The notes: generated from the sequence alone by a model not told the origin. A DNA stretch of 64,000 nt from Ramlibacter sp. (GCF_035627355.1 NZ_DASPLW010000040.1:20712-84711); one strand, 5' to 3'. Numbered from the stretch's first letter, positions 38,721 to 47,831 are shown. Made by a program: numbers and translations.

Positions 38721-39298
38721 GCGCGGCTCCTTCCGGCGTCGACGCAGCGCCGCAGCCTGTCGAGGCCGCGGTGGCGGATCACGCGCACGTTGCCGGCCGA
38801 CAGGCCCAGCTGGGTGCCGACCGCGTCGGACGGCTGCTCGTCGTAGAAGGTCAGCACCAGCACGGAGCGTTCGCGCTCGGGCAGCCGCCCCAGGCAGTCG
38901 GCCACGCGTTCATGGTCGAGCCGCGGGACGATGTGGATGTCGGCCTGCGGCAGCGAATCGGCATAGCGCTCCAGCAGTTCGTTGCGGCGGCGCTCGGTGC
39001 GGCGCAGGTCCGACACGGTCATGCGGCAGGTGCCGAGCACGAAGGAGAGCACGCGCGCCGGCTCGCGCACGCCGCCGGAGCGCAGCTGCTCGAGCGTGAA
39101 GGCCATCACGTGCTGCATGAGGTCGGCCGCGGCCTGCGCGTCGCGCAGGTGGCGCAGCCCGTATCGACGCACCCGCGGCGCCAGCCGTCGGTAGAGCTCG
39201 GCTTCCTGGTCGCGCGCCGCACCGGGCTTCGCCTGCGCGATGGCGCAGGCCAGCAACGCCTCGGGGCTGTCGACCTCGGTTGCGGACAGGGGCTCCAT
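38717..39298 (-). CDS. ECF-type RNA polymerase sigma-70 factor
   Basis: Region 2 (AADLMQHVMAF...) and region 4 (ERERSVLVLTFYDEQPSDAVGTQLGLSAGNVRVIRHRGLDRLR). Confidence 0.85.
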   Translation of the reverse strand: MEPLSATEVDSPEALLACAIAQAKPGAARDQEAELYRRLAPRVRRYGLRHLRDAQAAADLMQHVMAFTLEQLRSGGVREPARVLSFVLGTCRMTVSDLRRTERRRNELLERYADSLPQADIHIVPRLDHERVADCLGRLPERERSVLVLTFYDEQPSDAVGTQLGLSAGNVRVIRHRGLDRLRRCVDAGRSRA

Positions 39299-39402
39299 GG
39301 GCGCAGCATAGCCAGCCGCCGCCGGAAGAAAAAGAGCTGTAACGCGACGGCGGGTTCGCGCCACAACCTGCTGCCAACCACCCCTACCGACGAGGCACAC
39401 CG

Positions 39403-40134
39403 ATGATCACCAACCCGCAGTCGCGCACCAACGTGCACGAGATCGCCGACGGCATCTACCGCATCAGCACGCCGATCGACTTCCCCGATGGCAACGGCTT
39501 CAGCTTCAACCAGTACCTGGTGCTGGACGACGAGCCGCTGCTGTTCCACACCGGCCCGCGCAAGATGTTTCCGCTGGTGCGCGAGGCCATGGCCGCCGTG
39601 ATGCCGGTGGAGCGCCTGCGCTACGCGGCCCTGTCGCACTTCGAGGCCGACGAGTGCGGCGCACTCGACCTGTGGCTGGCCGCTGCGCCGCAGGCCGTGC
39701 CGGTCTGCAGCCGCATCGCGGCCATGGTGTCGGTCGCGGACATGGTCGACCGTGCCCCGCGGGCGCTGGCCGACGGCGAGCAGCTCGACTTGGGCCGCCA
39801 CACCCTGCAGTGGCTGGACACGCCGCACGTGCCGCACGGCTGGGACTGCGGGCTGATGATGGATGCGTCCACCGGCACCTTCTTCTGTGGCGACCTGTTC
39901 ACCCAGCCGGGGCACGGCGAGCAGGCGCTTACCGAAGACGACATCCTCGGCCCGAGCGAAGCCTTCCGGCAGCCGATGGACTACTTCGCCCATGCGCCGC
40001 AGACCGCCGACACCCTGGGCCGGCTGGCGCAGCTGAAGCCGACCACGCTGGCCTGCATGCACGGGAGCGCATGGCGCGGGAACGGCGCGGTGCTGCTGCG
40101 GCACCTGGCGGAGGCGGTGACCGCCAGGGCCTGA
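39403..40134 (+). CDS. MBL-fold metallo-hydrolase-like protein
   Basis: 243 aa, MBL/ODP-like pattern (NQYLVLDDEPLLFHTG ... SHFEADECG ... HVPHGWD). Confidence 0.65.
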   Translation: MITNPQSRTNVHEIADGIYRISTPIDFPDGNGFSFNQYLVLDDEPLLFHTGPRKMFPLVREAMAAVMPVERLRYAALSHFEADECGALDLWLAAAPQAVPVCSRIAAMVSVADMVDRAPRALADGEQLDLGRHTLQWLDTPHVPHGWDCGLMMDASTGTFFCGDLFTQPGHGEQALTEDDILGPSEAFRQPMDYFAHAPQTADTLGRLAQLKPTTLACMHGSAWRGNGAVLLRHLAEAVTARA

Positions 40135-40176
40135 AGGGCAGGGCTGCGACCCGAACGGTCGCCGCGCCGCCGCCGG

Positions 40177-40974
40177 CTACCGCTTCTCCGCGCGCGTCAT
40201 CAGGAAGTCCTGCCGGACCACGTTGCCTTCGAGGTACTGCGCGATGAACGCGTCCAGGTCGGAGCGGAAGGCGGCGAGGCGCGCGGCGTCGTCCTTGAGC
40301 CCGGCGACGAGCTTGGCCACGGGCCCGAGCGTCTCCTCGATCTGCTTGCGGTAGTGCTGCGGGCTCAGCGTGGGGAAGACCATCACGCCGCGCCGGAACG
40401 AGAGATCGCGCACGGCGTCCCCGAGGCGCTGGCGGATCACGCCGGGCTCGCCCCACTGCGGCGGCGGCGCAGCCCCCTCGGGCGGCGGAACGTAGCGCGC
40501 GACCAGCGCGAACATCTGGCCCACGAAGTGCTCGGGCGGCCAGGTGGAAAAGGCGATGGTGCCGCCCGGCTTGAGCACGCGCAGCATCTCGCCGACGGCG
40601 ACGTCCGGACGCGGCGCGAACATGTGGCCGAACTGGCTGAGGACCACCTCGAAGCTGGCGTTCTCGTAGGGCAGCGCCTCGACGTCGCCCTCGCGGAAAT
40701 CGATCTTCACATCGGCCAGTTCCGCATGCCGTCGAGCGTGCTCCAGGAGCGCCGGCGACAGGTCGAGTGCGCTCACCCGGGCGCCGAGGCGAGCGGCGGT
40801 CAGGGCCACCACGCCGGTGCCGCAGGCGAGGTCTAGCACCGCCTGGCCCTCGCGGATGCGGGCGTGCCGGACCAGCTCGGCCGCGGGCACGGTGGTGTGG
40901 GTTTCGAGGGGGGCGAACAGTGACCAGCCTTCGCGTTGCGCGGCCTTCAGCTGGGCGAATGGATCGGCTGACAT
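40177..40974 (-). CDS. Class I SAM-dependent methyltransferase
   Basis: Motif I VLDLACGTGVVAL; LKPGGTIAFSTW. Confidence 0.85.
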   Translation of the reverse strand: MSADPFAQLKAAQREGWSLFAPLETHTTVPAAELVRHARIREGQAVLDLACGTGVVALTAARLGARVSALDLSPALLEHARRHAELADVKIDFREGDVEALPYENASFEVVLSQFGHMFAPRPDVAVGEMLRVLKPGGTIAFSTWPPEHFVGQMFALVARYVPPPEGAAPPPQWGEPGVIRQRLGDAVRDLSFRRGVMVFPTLSPQHYRKQIEETLGPVAKLVAGLKDDAARLAAFRSDLDAFIAQYLEGNVVRQDFLMTRAEKR

Positions 40975-41143
40975 GGGCGAACTCCTTTCGCACGGGAACG
41001 CAGGGGAGCCGGATTCTTCGCCTCCCATGGCAGGCTCGCAAGTTCGATTCCTGCGAGCTGGACCGTGCCGGCGCGGCGCCGGCCGCGCGGGGTCTTCGCT
41101 GCTCGCGCCGGCACGGATGACCGGCTTCGGAGATCATCGGCCC

Positions 41144-41644
41144 ATGATCGAGCTTCGATGCCTGCAGGACGCCCACATGGCCGACGTCCTGCGGATCCAG
41201 GCGGCGTGCTACCGGGAGATCGTGCCGGAATCGGAGGCGTCGCTGCGCGCCAAGGTCCTCGCGTCGCCGGCCACTTGCTTCGCGGCCGAGGCCGCCGTCG
41301 GCATGGTCGGCTATCTCATCTCCGCGCCCGTCCGCTTTCCGGACCTGCCGGCGCTCGACGCCCCGACCTTCCAAGTGGCGGCGGATGCCGACACCCTGTA
41401 CATCCACGATCTCGCCATCGCGGACGCCGGGCGGGGAACAGGCGCCGGGCAGGCGATGGTGCGCGCCGCGTTCGATGCGGCCCGGTCGCGCGGCCTGGGC
41501 AAGGCCTGTCTGGTCGCGATCCAGGATTCGGTTCGCTACTGGGAACGGTTCGGATTCCAGAGCGTCGCGACGCCGCCTGGTCGGGTCGCCGTCAAGCTGG
41601 CGAGCTATGGGGTGGCGGCGCGGTTGATGCGGGCGGTGATTTGA
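41144..41644 (+). CDS. GNAT family N-acetyltransferase
   Basis: IHDLAIADAGRGTGAGQAMVRAAFDAARSRG...YWERFGF. Confidence 0.8.
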   Translation: MIELRCLQDAHMADVLRIQAACYREIVPESEASLRAKVLASPATCFAAEAAVGMVGYLISAPVRFPDLPALDAPTFQVAADADTLYIHDLAIADAGRGTGAGQAMVRAAFDAARSRGLGKACLVAIQDSVRYWERFGFQSVATPPGRVAVKLASYGVAARLMRAVI

Positions 41645-41790
41645 GCGGAGGCGGCCGCTTCCTCCGGAGGCAAACAATTCGCTGAAGCCGTTACTGAACT
41701 GAAAGTATCAGGTGTGATCCGAACCGGACAGGTATCCGGGTGACGTCACAGAGTTCTTGCGCGCGCGTCAACTACGGTAAGTCCTTTAGG

Positions 41791-42711
41791 CTACGCGTCT
41801 AGCACTGCATCATGGAAATCGTTCTCGTGAAGGATCACTACCTTCACGCCCTTACGCCTCAGTTCCACCGCTCTTTCAACCTTCCGCCCGTAGCAGGCGA
41901 ATGCCCAGCACGGGTTACCCTCTGCACCGATCACGAGGTAGTCGAGCTTGGCGGTGACGTTACGGATGGGTTCACCTCCAAGTTCGCGCACTGTGAACTC
42001 GAATTCGGATCGCTTGTACTTCGTCGAAACGCCAGTGAAGCAAAAGGTGGAGCCTGGGAAGGAGATCGTTGGCCCGACCGCGCAGAGAGCCCCAATAGTC
42101 TTCTCCGGACCATCAAACACGATTGGCCGCACGATCGTTCGCTCATCGAGCACCGCTAGAAACTCTGTAAAGAAGTACTGGAGCATCTTGTGCTCCGTCT
42201 CATCGATGCGACCGTCACGTAGCACCTTAGTCGTGAGAGCCTCAATCTCATCGTACGGCCAGCATGTCTTCAGGTGCTCGTGTTCGGAAAGCCAGTCTGA
42301 GAGTCCACGCAGTTCCTCGACAGCTATCTGACCGTCCGCGGCGATGCCACCGACCAGCGCGTGTAATCGTTGCAGATCTGCCGTGATCATGCTGAAGAAC
42401 TCAGTACTTCTGAGCCGGTTACACAACCAGGTCATGTCCTCCCGCTCCTCGAGCGTCAAGACTCCGTCACCCAAAGCGGCCGACAAGGGTGGAATCAACT
42501 CACTATAGGGATGCCGGTTAGCGACGTCCTGATGGTCGGAAATCCACGTCCGCAAGATCGCCATCTCTCCGCTCGTCACCTTGCCATCTATAGCGATTCC
42601 TTCGAGAAGCCCAAGCAAGGAGTTCACCGACTTCTCAAATCTGCTCTTGCCGGTGAAGTGGAAATACGGTGCGAGGTCTGGATGCATTGCGCCAAATCGA
42701 TGAAGCGCCAT
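41791..42711 (-). CDS. TerB-like-repeat plus C-terminal BRCT domain protein (compositionally foreign singleton)
   Basis: ATG at 42711. Two clear copies of LxGIAxDGx[VI]xxxExxxLxxW[IL]S[DE]H. C-terminal BRCT-like block (FCFTGVSTKYKRSEFEFTVRELGGEPIRNVTAKLDYLVIG...VKVVILHENDF). Local GC is about 50-55%, against about 70% in the flanks. Confidence 0.7.
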   Translation of the reverse strand: MALHRFGAMHPDLAPYFHFTGKSRFEKSVNSLLGLLEGIAIDGKVTSGEMAILRTWISDHQDVANRHPYSELIPPLSAALGDGVLTLEEREDMTWLCNRLRSTEFFSMITADLQRLHALVGGIAADGQIAVEELRGLSDWLSEHEHLKTCWPYDEIEALTTKVLRDGRIDETEHKMLQYFFTEFLAVLDERTIVRPIVFDGPEKTIGALCAVGPTISFPGSTFCFTGVSTKYKRSEFEFTVRELGGEPIRNVTAKLDYLVIGAEGNPCWAFACYGRKVERAVELRRKGVKVVILHENDFHDAVLDA

Positions 42712-42851
42712 TGAGCGCGGCTTCCGCAATGTAGTAGCCCCGGAAAGGGTTGGCAATTACCCGATTACCCTCGCTAGTCAGAAGTCGCCCACTGTTAGAC
42801 TTCCACCCATGCAACCCCGCACGTCCATCCTGGTCATCATTCGAATTACCC

Positions 42852-42885
42852 GCTGACCGGGAACGTGCGCGTCGTCCCGGTCAGC
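42852..42885. repeat. 11-bp perfect inverted repeat at the right edge of the low-GC islet
   Basis: gctgaccggga-N12-tcccggtcagc. A direct 9-mer AATTACCCG occurs at about 42754 and about 42843. Confidence 0.4.
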
Positions 42886-42989
42886 CGGGTCGACGCCTGG
42901 AGCAGCCTCTGCGCTCCCCCTTCGATCCACGCGCATCCCATTGCCGGCCCAGCTTGGCCGGTTGTCGCCGATGACCTGGATCGAAGTGA

Positions 42990-43283
42990 ATGAACACCCT
43001 TGACCTCACCCGAACAGCGACCCGCCTGGAGCAGGTCTACCTGATCGAACGCGATGCCGGCCTCTTGTGCCGCATCCTCGGCCTCTACGCAGCGCGCGGT
43101 GTCGACGTGCTCGGCGTGGACTACGCCTACGCGGCGCAAGACGTCATGAAGCTGCAGGTGTCCGTGGCCCGCCGCCTGGCCGAGACCGAGGAAGTGGTGC
43201 GCGTGCTGGTCGACAAGGCTTCGACACTCATAGGGGTGCTGGCTGCGTCCGAGCAGGTTTCGGTGGAGCAGAGGGCGGCATAG
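42990..43283 (+). CDS. Small ACT-domain-like protein (resembles acetolactate synthase small-subunit fold)
   Basis: 97 aa: LIERDAGLLCRILGLYAARGVDVLGVDYA...LQVSV. Pattern match only. Confidence 0.45.
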   Translation: MNTLDLTRTATRLEQVYLIERDAGLLCRILGLYAARGVDVLGVDYAYAAQDVMKLQVSVARRLAETEEVVRVLVDKASTLIGVLAASEQVSVEQRAA

Positions 43284-43289
43284 GCGAAG

Positions 43290-43312
43290 CGGCCGACATG
43301 CAACGGCCGTTT
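43290..43312 (+). terminator. Hairpin plus short T-run after the ACT-like gene
   Basis: cggccg-acatgcaa-cggccg-ttt. Confidence 0.35.
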
Positions 43313-43334
43313 GCCTCATCTCCCGCACGGCCCG

Positions 43335-44171
43335 CTACGCGACGACGTAGCCCAACCGCGCCGATACCTGCTCCGCGCACCGGCGCAGGGCCGTGGCGAC
43401 ACGGCCGTCCCAGGCACTGTCGAAGCTCGCTGAAGGGCCCATGGCCGTGATGCCGAGCACCAGCGTGCCGGTCGAATCGAACACGGGGGCACAGAACGCA
43501 TCGATGCCGGCAATGGGCTGGCCGATGGTGCGCGAGAGGCGGTGCCGGCGCGTTTCCTCCACCAGCGCTTCGAACTGCCTGCGCGACTGCGGCTCGGCGT
43601 GCGGCCCCTGCAGCAGCAGGTCGTGCTCGCGCGCGAACGCGATCACCTTGGGGGGCATGTAGGCTGCGAACAGCCGCCCGGTGGCGGTGTTGCTCAGCGC
43701 CATCACGGATCCGGCGCGCAGGTTCACGTGCATCGGCTGCACCGGTTCGTCCAGCCGCACGATGGTCGGCCCGAAGGTGCCCCATACCGCCAGCGCGATG
43801 CTCTGGCCGGTCTCCTCGGCGAGCTGTTCGACCAGCGGCGCGGCCGCCTTCACGGGATCCAGCCGCTGCAGCTTGGATAGCCCGATCTGCAGCGCGAGCG
43901 GCCCCAGTTCGTAGCGGCCGGCGGCGTCCTGCACGACGAAGCCCACCTTCAGGAAGCTCACGAGGTAGGGGTGGGCCTTGCCGGCCGCGATACCCGCCGC
44001 CCCCGCCAGCTCGCGCAAGTGCATGGGGGCCACGTGCCCGGCGAGCACACGCAGCAGCAGGCTGCCCGTTTCCACCGACTGGATGCCCCGCCGGGGCTTG
44101 TCCCTGTTGCGTTCTTGCTTGCCGGCAGCCGGGGGGTCGTCGCGGGTTATCACTGACTTCATCAGATGCAT
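43335..44171 (-). CDS. IclR family transcriptional regulator
   Basis: N-terminal wHTH (GIQSVETGSLLLRVLAG...MHLRELAGAAGIAAGKAHPYLVSF) and an IclR effector domain. Alternative start at 44162. Confidence 0.9.
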   Translation of the reverse strand: MHLMKSVITRDDPPAAGKQERNRDKPRRGIQSVETGSLLLRVLAGHVAPMHLRELAGAAGIAAGKAHPYLVSFLKVGFVVQDAAGRYELGPLALQIGLSKLQRLDPVKAAAPLVEQLAEETGQSIALAVWGTFGPTIVRLDEPVQPMHVNLRAGSVMALSNTATGRLFAAYMPPKVIAFAREHDLLLQGPHAEPQSRRQFEALVEETRRHRLSRTIGQPIAGIDAFCAPVFDSTGTLVLGITAMGPSASFDSAWDGRVATALRRCAEQVSARLGYVVA

Positions 44172-44177
44172 TCGTCA

Positions 44178-44191
44178 TTGACTAATGTCAA
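44178..44191. promoter_or_regulatory. Candidate operator palindrome in the iclR / oxidoreductase divergent region
   Basis: TTGAC-TAAT-GTCAA in an AT-rich spacer. Confidence 0.3.
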
Positions 44192-44235
44192 CACAATAAC
44201 GAAGATGAATCGTGGCGGCAACGGATGCAGGCGAC

Positions 44236-45969
44236 ATGAGTCAAGGCTTCGAGTGCGACGTTCTGGTGGTGGGCACGGGCGCCTCCGGCATGTCCACGGC
44301 CATCACGGCGGCATCCCAGGGGCTGGAGGTCCTCGTCGTCGAGAAGCAGCCGCTGTTTGGCGGCACCACGGCGCGCTCGGGCGGCTGGCTCTGGATCCCG
44401 GGCACCAGCCTGGCCACCCGGCAGGGCATCCAGGAGCCGCCCGGCGCGGCCCGCACCTACCTGCAGCACGAGGCCACCACCCACTTCGATCCGGCGCGCG
44501 TCGACGCATTCCTGGCGCGCGGCCCCGAAGCCGTCGACTTCTTCACCTCCCGCACCTGCGTGCAGTTCGACATGCCGCCGGTATTCCCCGACTACCACGC
44601 CGAGGCGCCGGGCGGCCAACAGGGCGGCCGCTCGATGGTGACGCGCCCGTTCGACGGGCGCGAGCTGGGCGAGCGGATCAGGCTGCTGTCGCCTCCCCTG
44701 CCGGAGCTCACCGTGTTCGGGATGATGCTCGGCTCCGGCAAGGAGATCCTGCACTTCATGCGCGCCTTCAAGTCGCTGGAGTCCTTCCTGTACGTGGCGC
44801 GCCGGCTCACGCGCCACGGCCTGGACGTGCTGCGTCACGGTCGCGGCATGACCCTCACCAACGGCAATGCACTGGCCGGGCGGCTGGCCAAGGCCGCCAT
44901 GGACCTGGGCATCCCGGTCTGGCTGCGCTCGCCGGTGACGGAGCTGCTGGTGGAGGGCGACCGTGTCGTCGGCGCGCGGGTCGAGCGCGAGGGCTCGCCG
45001 GTCGAGGTGCGGGCGCGGCGCGGGGTCGTGCTGGCCTGCGGCGGCTTTCCGCACGACGTCGAGCGGCGCCGGCAGCTGTTCCCGCACGCAGCGAGCGGGC
45101 GCGAGCACCATTCGCCATCGCCCGCCACCAACGTCGGCGAGGGGCTGCGACTGGGCGAATCGGCCGGTGGCTATGTCGACCCCACGATCCCGAACGCCGC
45201 GGCCTGGGTGCCGACCTCGGTCACCACGCGTCCCGACGGCAGCCAGGGCGTGATGCCGCACTTCATTGACCGCGCCAAGCCGGGCGTGATCGCCGTCACG
45301 CGCGCGGGCCGCCGGTTCACGAACGAAGGCAATTCGTACCACGACTTCGTGCAGGCGATGGTCGCCGCGTGCCGCGGCACGGGCGAGGTCAGCGCCTGGC
45401 TGCTGTGCGACCACCGCGCATTGCGGAGCTACGGGCTGGGTTGCGTGGCGCCGTTCCCCATGCCGATCGGCCGCCACCTGCGCAGCGGCTACCTGAAGCG
45501 GGGCCGCACGATCGCGGAGCTGGCTTCGGCCATCGGCGTGGACCCCGGCACGCTGGAAGGCACCGTCACCGAGTTCAACCGCCATGCTGCGCGCGGCGAG
45601 GACCCGCAGTTCGGCAAGGGCACCAAGGCGTACAACCGCTACCAGGGCGACGCCCTGCTGCGACCGAACCCCTGCGTGGCGCCGCTGCAGCACCCGCCGT
45701 TCTACGCGATCAAGCTGGTGGTCGGGGACATCGGCACCTTCGCCGGCCTGGCTACCGATGCCCAGACCCGGGTGCTGCGGCGCGACGGCACGCCGGTGCC
45801 GGGCCTGTACGCCGTCGGCAACGACGCCGCCAGCATCATGGGGGGCAACTACCCCGGTGCCGGCATCACGCTGGGGCCGGCACTGACCTTCGGCTACATC
45901 TGTGGCATGCACCTGGCGCAGCCCGGGGCCGCGATGGCGGACCCGTCCCGCGAGGCGGTGCCCGCATGA
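44236..45969 (+). CDS. FAD-dependent oxidoreductase (KstD / fumarate-reductase flavoprotein-like)
   Basis: MSQGFECDVLVVGTGASGMSTA dinucleotide fold; C-terminal GLYAVGNDAASIMGGNYPGAGITLGPALTFGY. The track start at 44212 (GTG) is an alternative. Confidence 0.85.
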   Translation: MSQGFECDVLVVGTGASGMSTAITAASQGLEVLVVEKQPLFGGTTARSGGWLWIPGTSLATRQGIQEPPGAARTYLQHEATTHFDPARVDAFLARGPEAVDFFTSRTCVQFDMPPVFPDYHAEAPGGQQGGRSMVTRPFDGRELGERIRLLSPPLPELTVFGMMLGSGKEILHFMRAFKSLESFLYVARRLTRHGLDVLRHGRGMTLTNGNALAGRLAKAAMDLGIPVWLRSPVTELLVEGDRVVGARVEREGSPVEVRARRGVVLACGGFPHDVERRRQLFPHAASGREHHSPSPATNVGEGLRLGESAGGYVDPTIPNAAAWVPTSVTTRPDGSQGVMPHFIDRAKPGVIAVTRAGRRFTNEGNSYHDFVQAMVAACRGTGEVSAWLLCDHRALRSYGLGCVAPFPMPIGRHLRSGYLKRGRTIAELASAIGVDPGTLEGTVTEFNRHAARGEDPQFGKGTKAYNRYQGDALLRPNPCVAPLQHPPFYAIKLVVGDIGTFAGLATDAQTRVLRRDGTPVPGLYAVGNDAASIMGGNYPGAGITLGPALTFGYICGMHLAQPGAAMADPSREAVPA

Positions 45970-46739
45970 AGCCGATCACGGCGCTGCCGGGCTTGCTCGA
46001 CGGCCGGCTCGCGCTCGTCACGGGGGCGGCCCAGGGCAATGGGCGCGCGATCGCCCGCGGCCTGGCGGCGGCAGGCGCGCGGGTCGTCGTCACCGACCTG
46101 AACGAGGAGGGTGCCGCGCAGACCGCCGCACAGGTCCGCGACGCAGGCGGCACGGCCTGGTCGTTCCGGCACGACGTCACGGATGCCGGGCAGAGCCGGC
46201 GGCTGGCCGACCAGGTGGCGCGCGAGTGCGGCCCCGTCGACCTGCTGGTCAACAACGCCGGGATCATCATCCGGGAGAACAGCGCGAGCCCCCGCGCCCC
46301 GGCGAACTGGCGCCGCGTGATGGAGGTGAACGTCGACGGGGTCTTCCACGTCACGCACGCGTTCCTGGAGCAGCTGAAGGCAGGTCGCGGCACCATCGTG
46401 AACCTCGCCTCGATCGCCGCCTTCGCGGGGCAGGGCGGCAGCCTGGGGTACTCGCCGTCCAAGGCCGCGGTGGTGATGCTCACCCGGTCGCTTGCCATCG
46501 AACTGGCGCCGTCCGGCGTGCGGGTCAATGCACTGGCACCCGGCGTGATCGAGACACCGATGACCGAGGCGACCCTTGCCGACCCGCAGCGGCTCGCGCC
46601 CTTCCTCGCGCGCACGCCGATGGGGCGCGTCGGGCAGCCCGAGGAGCTGGTCGGCGCCGTGCTGTTCCTCTCCAGCGCCCTGTCCACCTACGTCACCGGC
46701 GTGACCTTGCCGGTGGATGGTGGCTTCCTGGCCACCTGA
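45966..46739 (+). CDS. SDR family oxidoreductase
   Basis: ATGA overlap with the upstream gene. TGAAQGNGRAIA, NNAG, YSPSKAAV motifs. Confidence 0.9.
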   Translation: MKPITALPGLLDGRLALVTGAAQGNGRAIARGLAAAGARVVVTDLNEEGAAQTAAQVRDAGGTAWSFRHDVTDAGQSRRLADQVARECGPVDLLVNNAGIIIRENSASPRAPANWRRVMEVNVDGVFHVTHAFLEQLKAGRGTIVNLASIAAFAGQGGSLGYSPSKAAVVMLTRSLAIELAPSGVRVNALAPGVIETPMTEATLADPQRLAPFLARTPMGRVGQPEELVGAVLFLSSALSTYVTGVTLPVDGGFLAT

Positions 46740-46775
46740 TCGCGAACCGCAAGAACCACCCACAAGGAGACAACC

Positions 46776-47831
46776 ATGAAGCTGAAGATGCGTTCCCTCG
46801 CGGCAGCCTGCGCGCTGGCTGCAGCCGCTGCCGTACCCGTTGCCGCCTGGGCCCAGGCCAGGACCTTCGACCTGCAGAGCGTGTTCGGCCTGCAGGTGCC
46901 TTCGATCGGCCCGAGCCCGGTGAAGTGGGCGGAGCGGGTGGCGCTGATGACCAACAACGAGATCCGGATCAAGGTCATGGGCGCCGGCGAAGTGGTGCCG
47001 CCGCTGGAGGTGTTCGGCGCCGTCTCCAACGGCTCCATCCCCATGGGCTTTGACTGGATCGGCTACTGGGCCAGCAAGATCCCGGTGGCCAACCTGGTGG
47101 GCTCGATGCCGTTCGGCCCCGACCCGGAGCTGTTCCTGGGCTGGATGTTCAAGGGCGGCGGTCTGGCGATCATCCAGAAGGCCTACGACCCGCACAACGT
47201 GCAGGTGCTGCCCTGCCACCTCGTGGTGCCCGAAGCCGGCGGCTGGTTCAACAAGGAGATCCGCACGCCGGCCGACATCAAGGGACTGAAGATGCGCATC
47301 GCCGGGCTGGGCGCCAAGGCGATGGAGAAGCTGGGCGCCAGCGTGCAACTGGTGCCGGCCGGCGAGATCTACGTGTCGCTCGAACGCGGCCGCATCGAGG
47401 CCGCCGAGTTCTCCGCGCCTCAGCTGGACGCCGGCCTGGGACTGCAGAAGATCGCCAAGAACTACTACTTCCCCGGCTGGCACCAGCCCGCGAGCTGGGA
47501 CAGCATCATCATCAACAAGAAGGTGTGGCAGTCGCTCACTCCGAAGCAGCAGACGGCGATGACCGAGGCCTGCTACGCCAACATCACCTACAACACCTTC
47601 GACCAGATCAACGCCCAGGTCGACGCCATCGAGAAGATCGAGGCCGCCGGCGTCACGGTGCGCCGCTTCCCCGAGCCGGTGCTGGCGGCGCTGCGCAAGG
47701 CGTCGCATGAGGTGATGGAAGAGGAAGCCGCCAAGGACCCGCTGTTCAAGGAGGCCTACCAGTCGCTCAGCGCGTACATCAAGCGCTACGGCCGCTGGAG
47801 CGAACTGCAGTCGCTGCCCCGCGCCAACTGA
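46776..47831 (+). CDS. TRAP transporter substrate-binding protein
   Basis: Signal peptide MKLKMRSLAAACALAAAAAVPVAAWA. Followed by small and large TRAP permease genes. Confidence 0.9.
   Translation: MKLKMRSLAAACALAAAAAVPVAAWAQARTFDLQSVFGLQVPSIGPSPVKWAERVALMTNNEIRIKVMGAGEVVPPLEVFGAVSNGSIPMGFDWIGYWASKIPVANLVGSMPFGPDPELFLGWMFKGGGLAIIQKAYDPHNVQVLPCHLVVPEAGGWFNKEIRTPADIKGLKMRIAGLGAKAMEKLGASVQLVPAGEIYVSLERGRIEAAEFSAPQLDAGLGLQKIAKNYYFPGWHQPASWDSIIINKKVWQSLTPKQQTAMTEACYANITYNTFDQINAQVDAIEKIEAAGVTVRRFPEPVLAALRKASHEVMEEEAAKDPLFKEAYQSLSAYIKRYGRWSELQSLPRAN

Noticed and set aside
41700-41750. Possible tRNA 3' fragment / att site at the left border of the low-GC islet (gatccgaacc resembles a T-arm/T-loop sequence)
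   Set aside because: Only about 10 nt of similarity. No acceptor or T-stem pairing can be drawn, no matching direct repeat lies on the right border, and there is no integrase.
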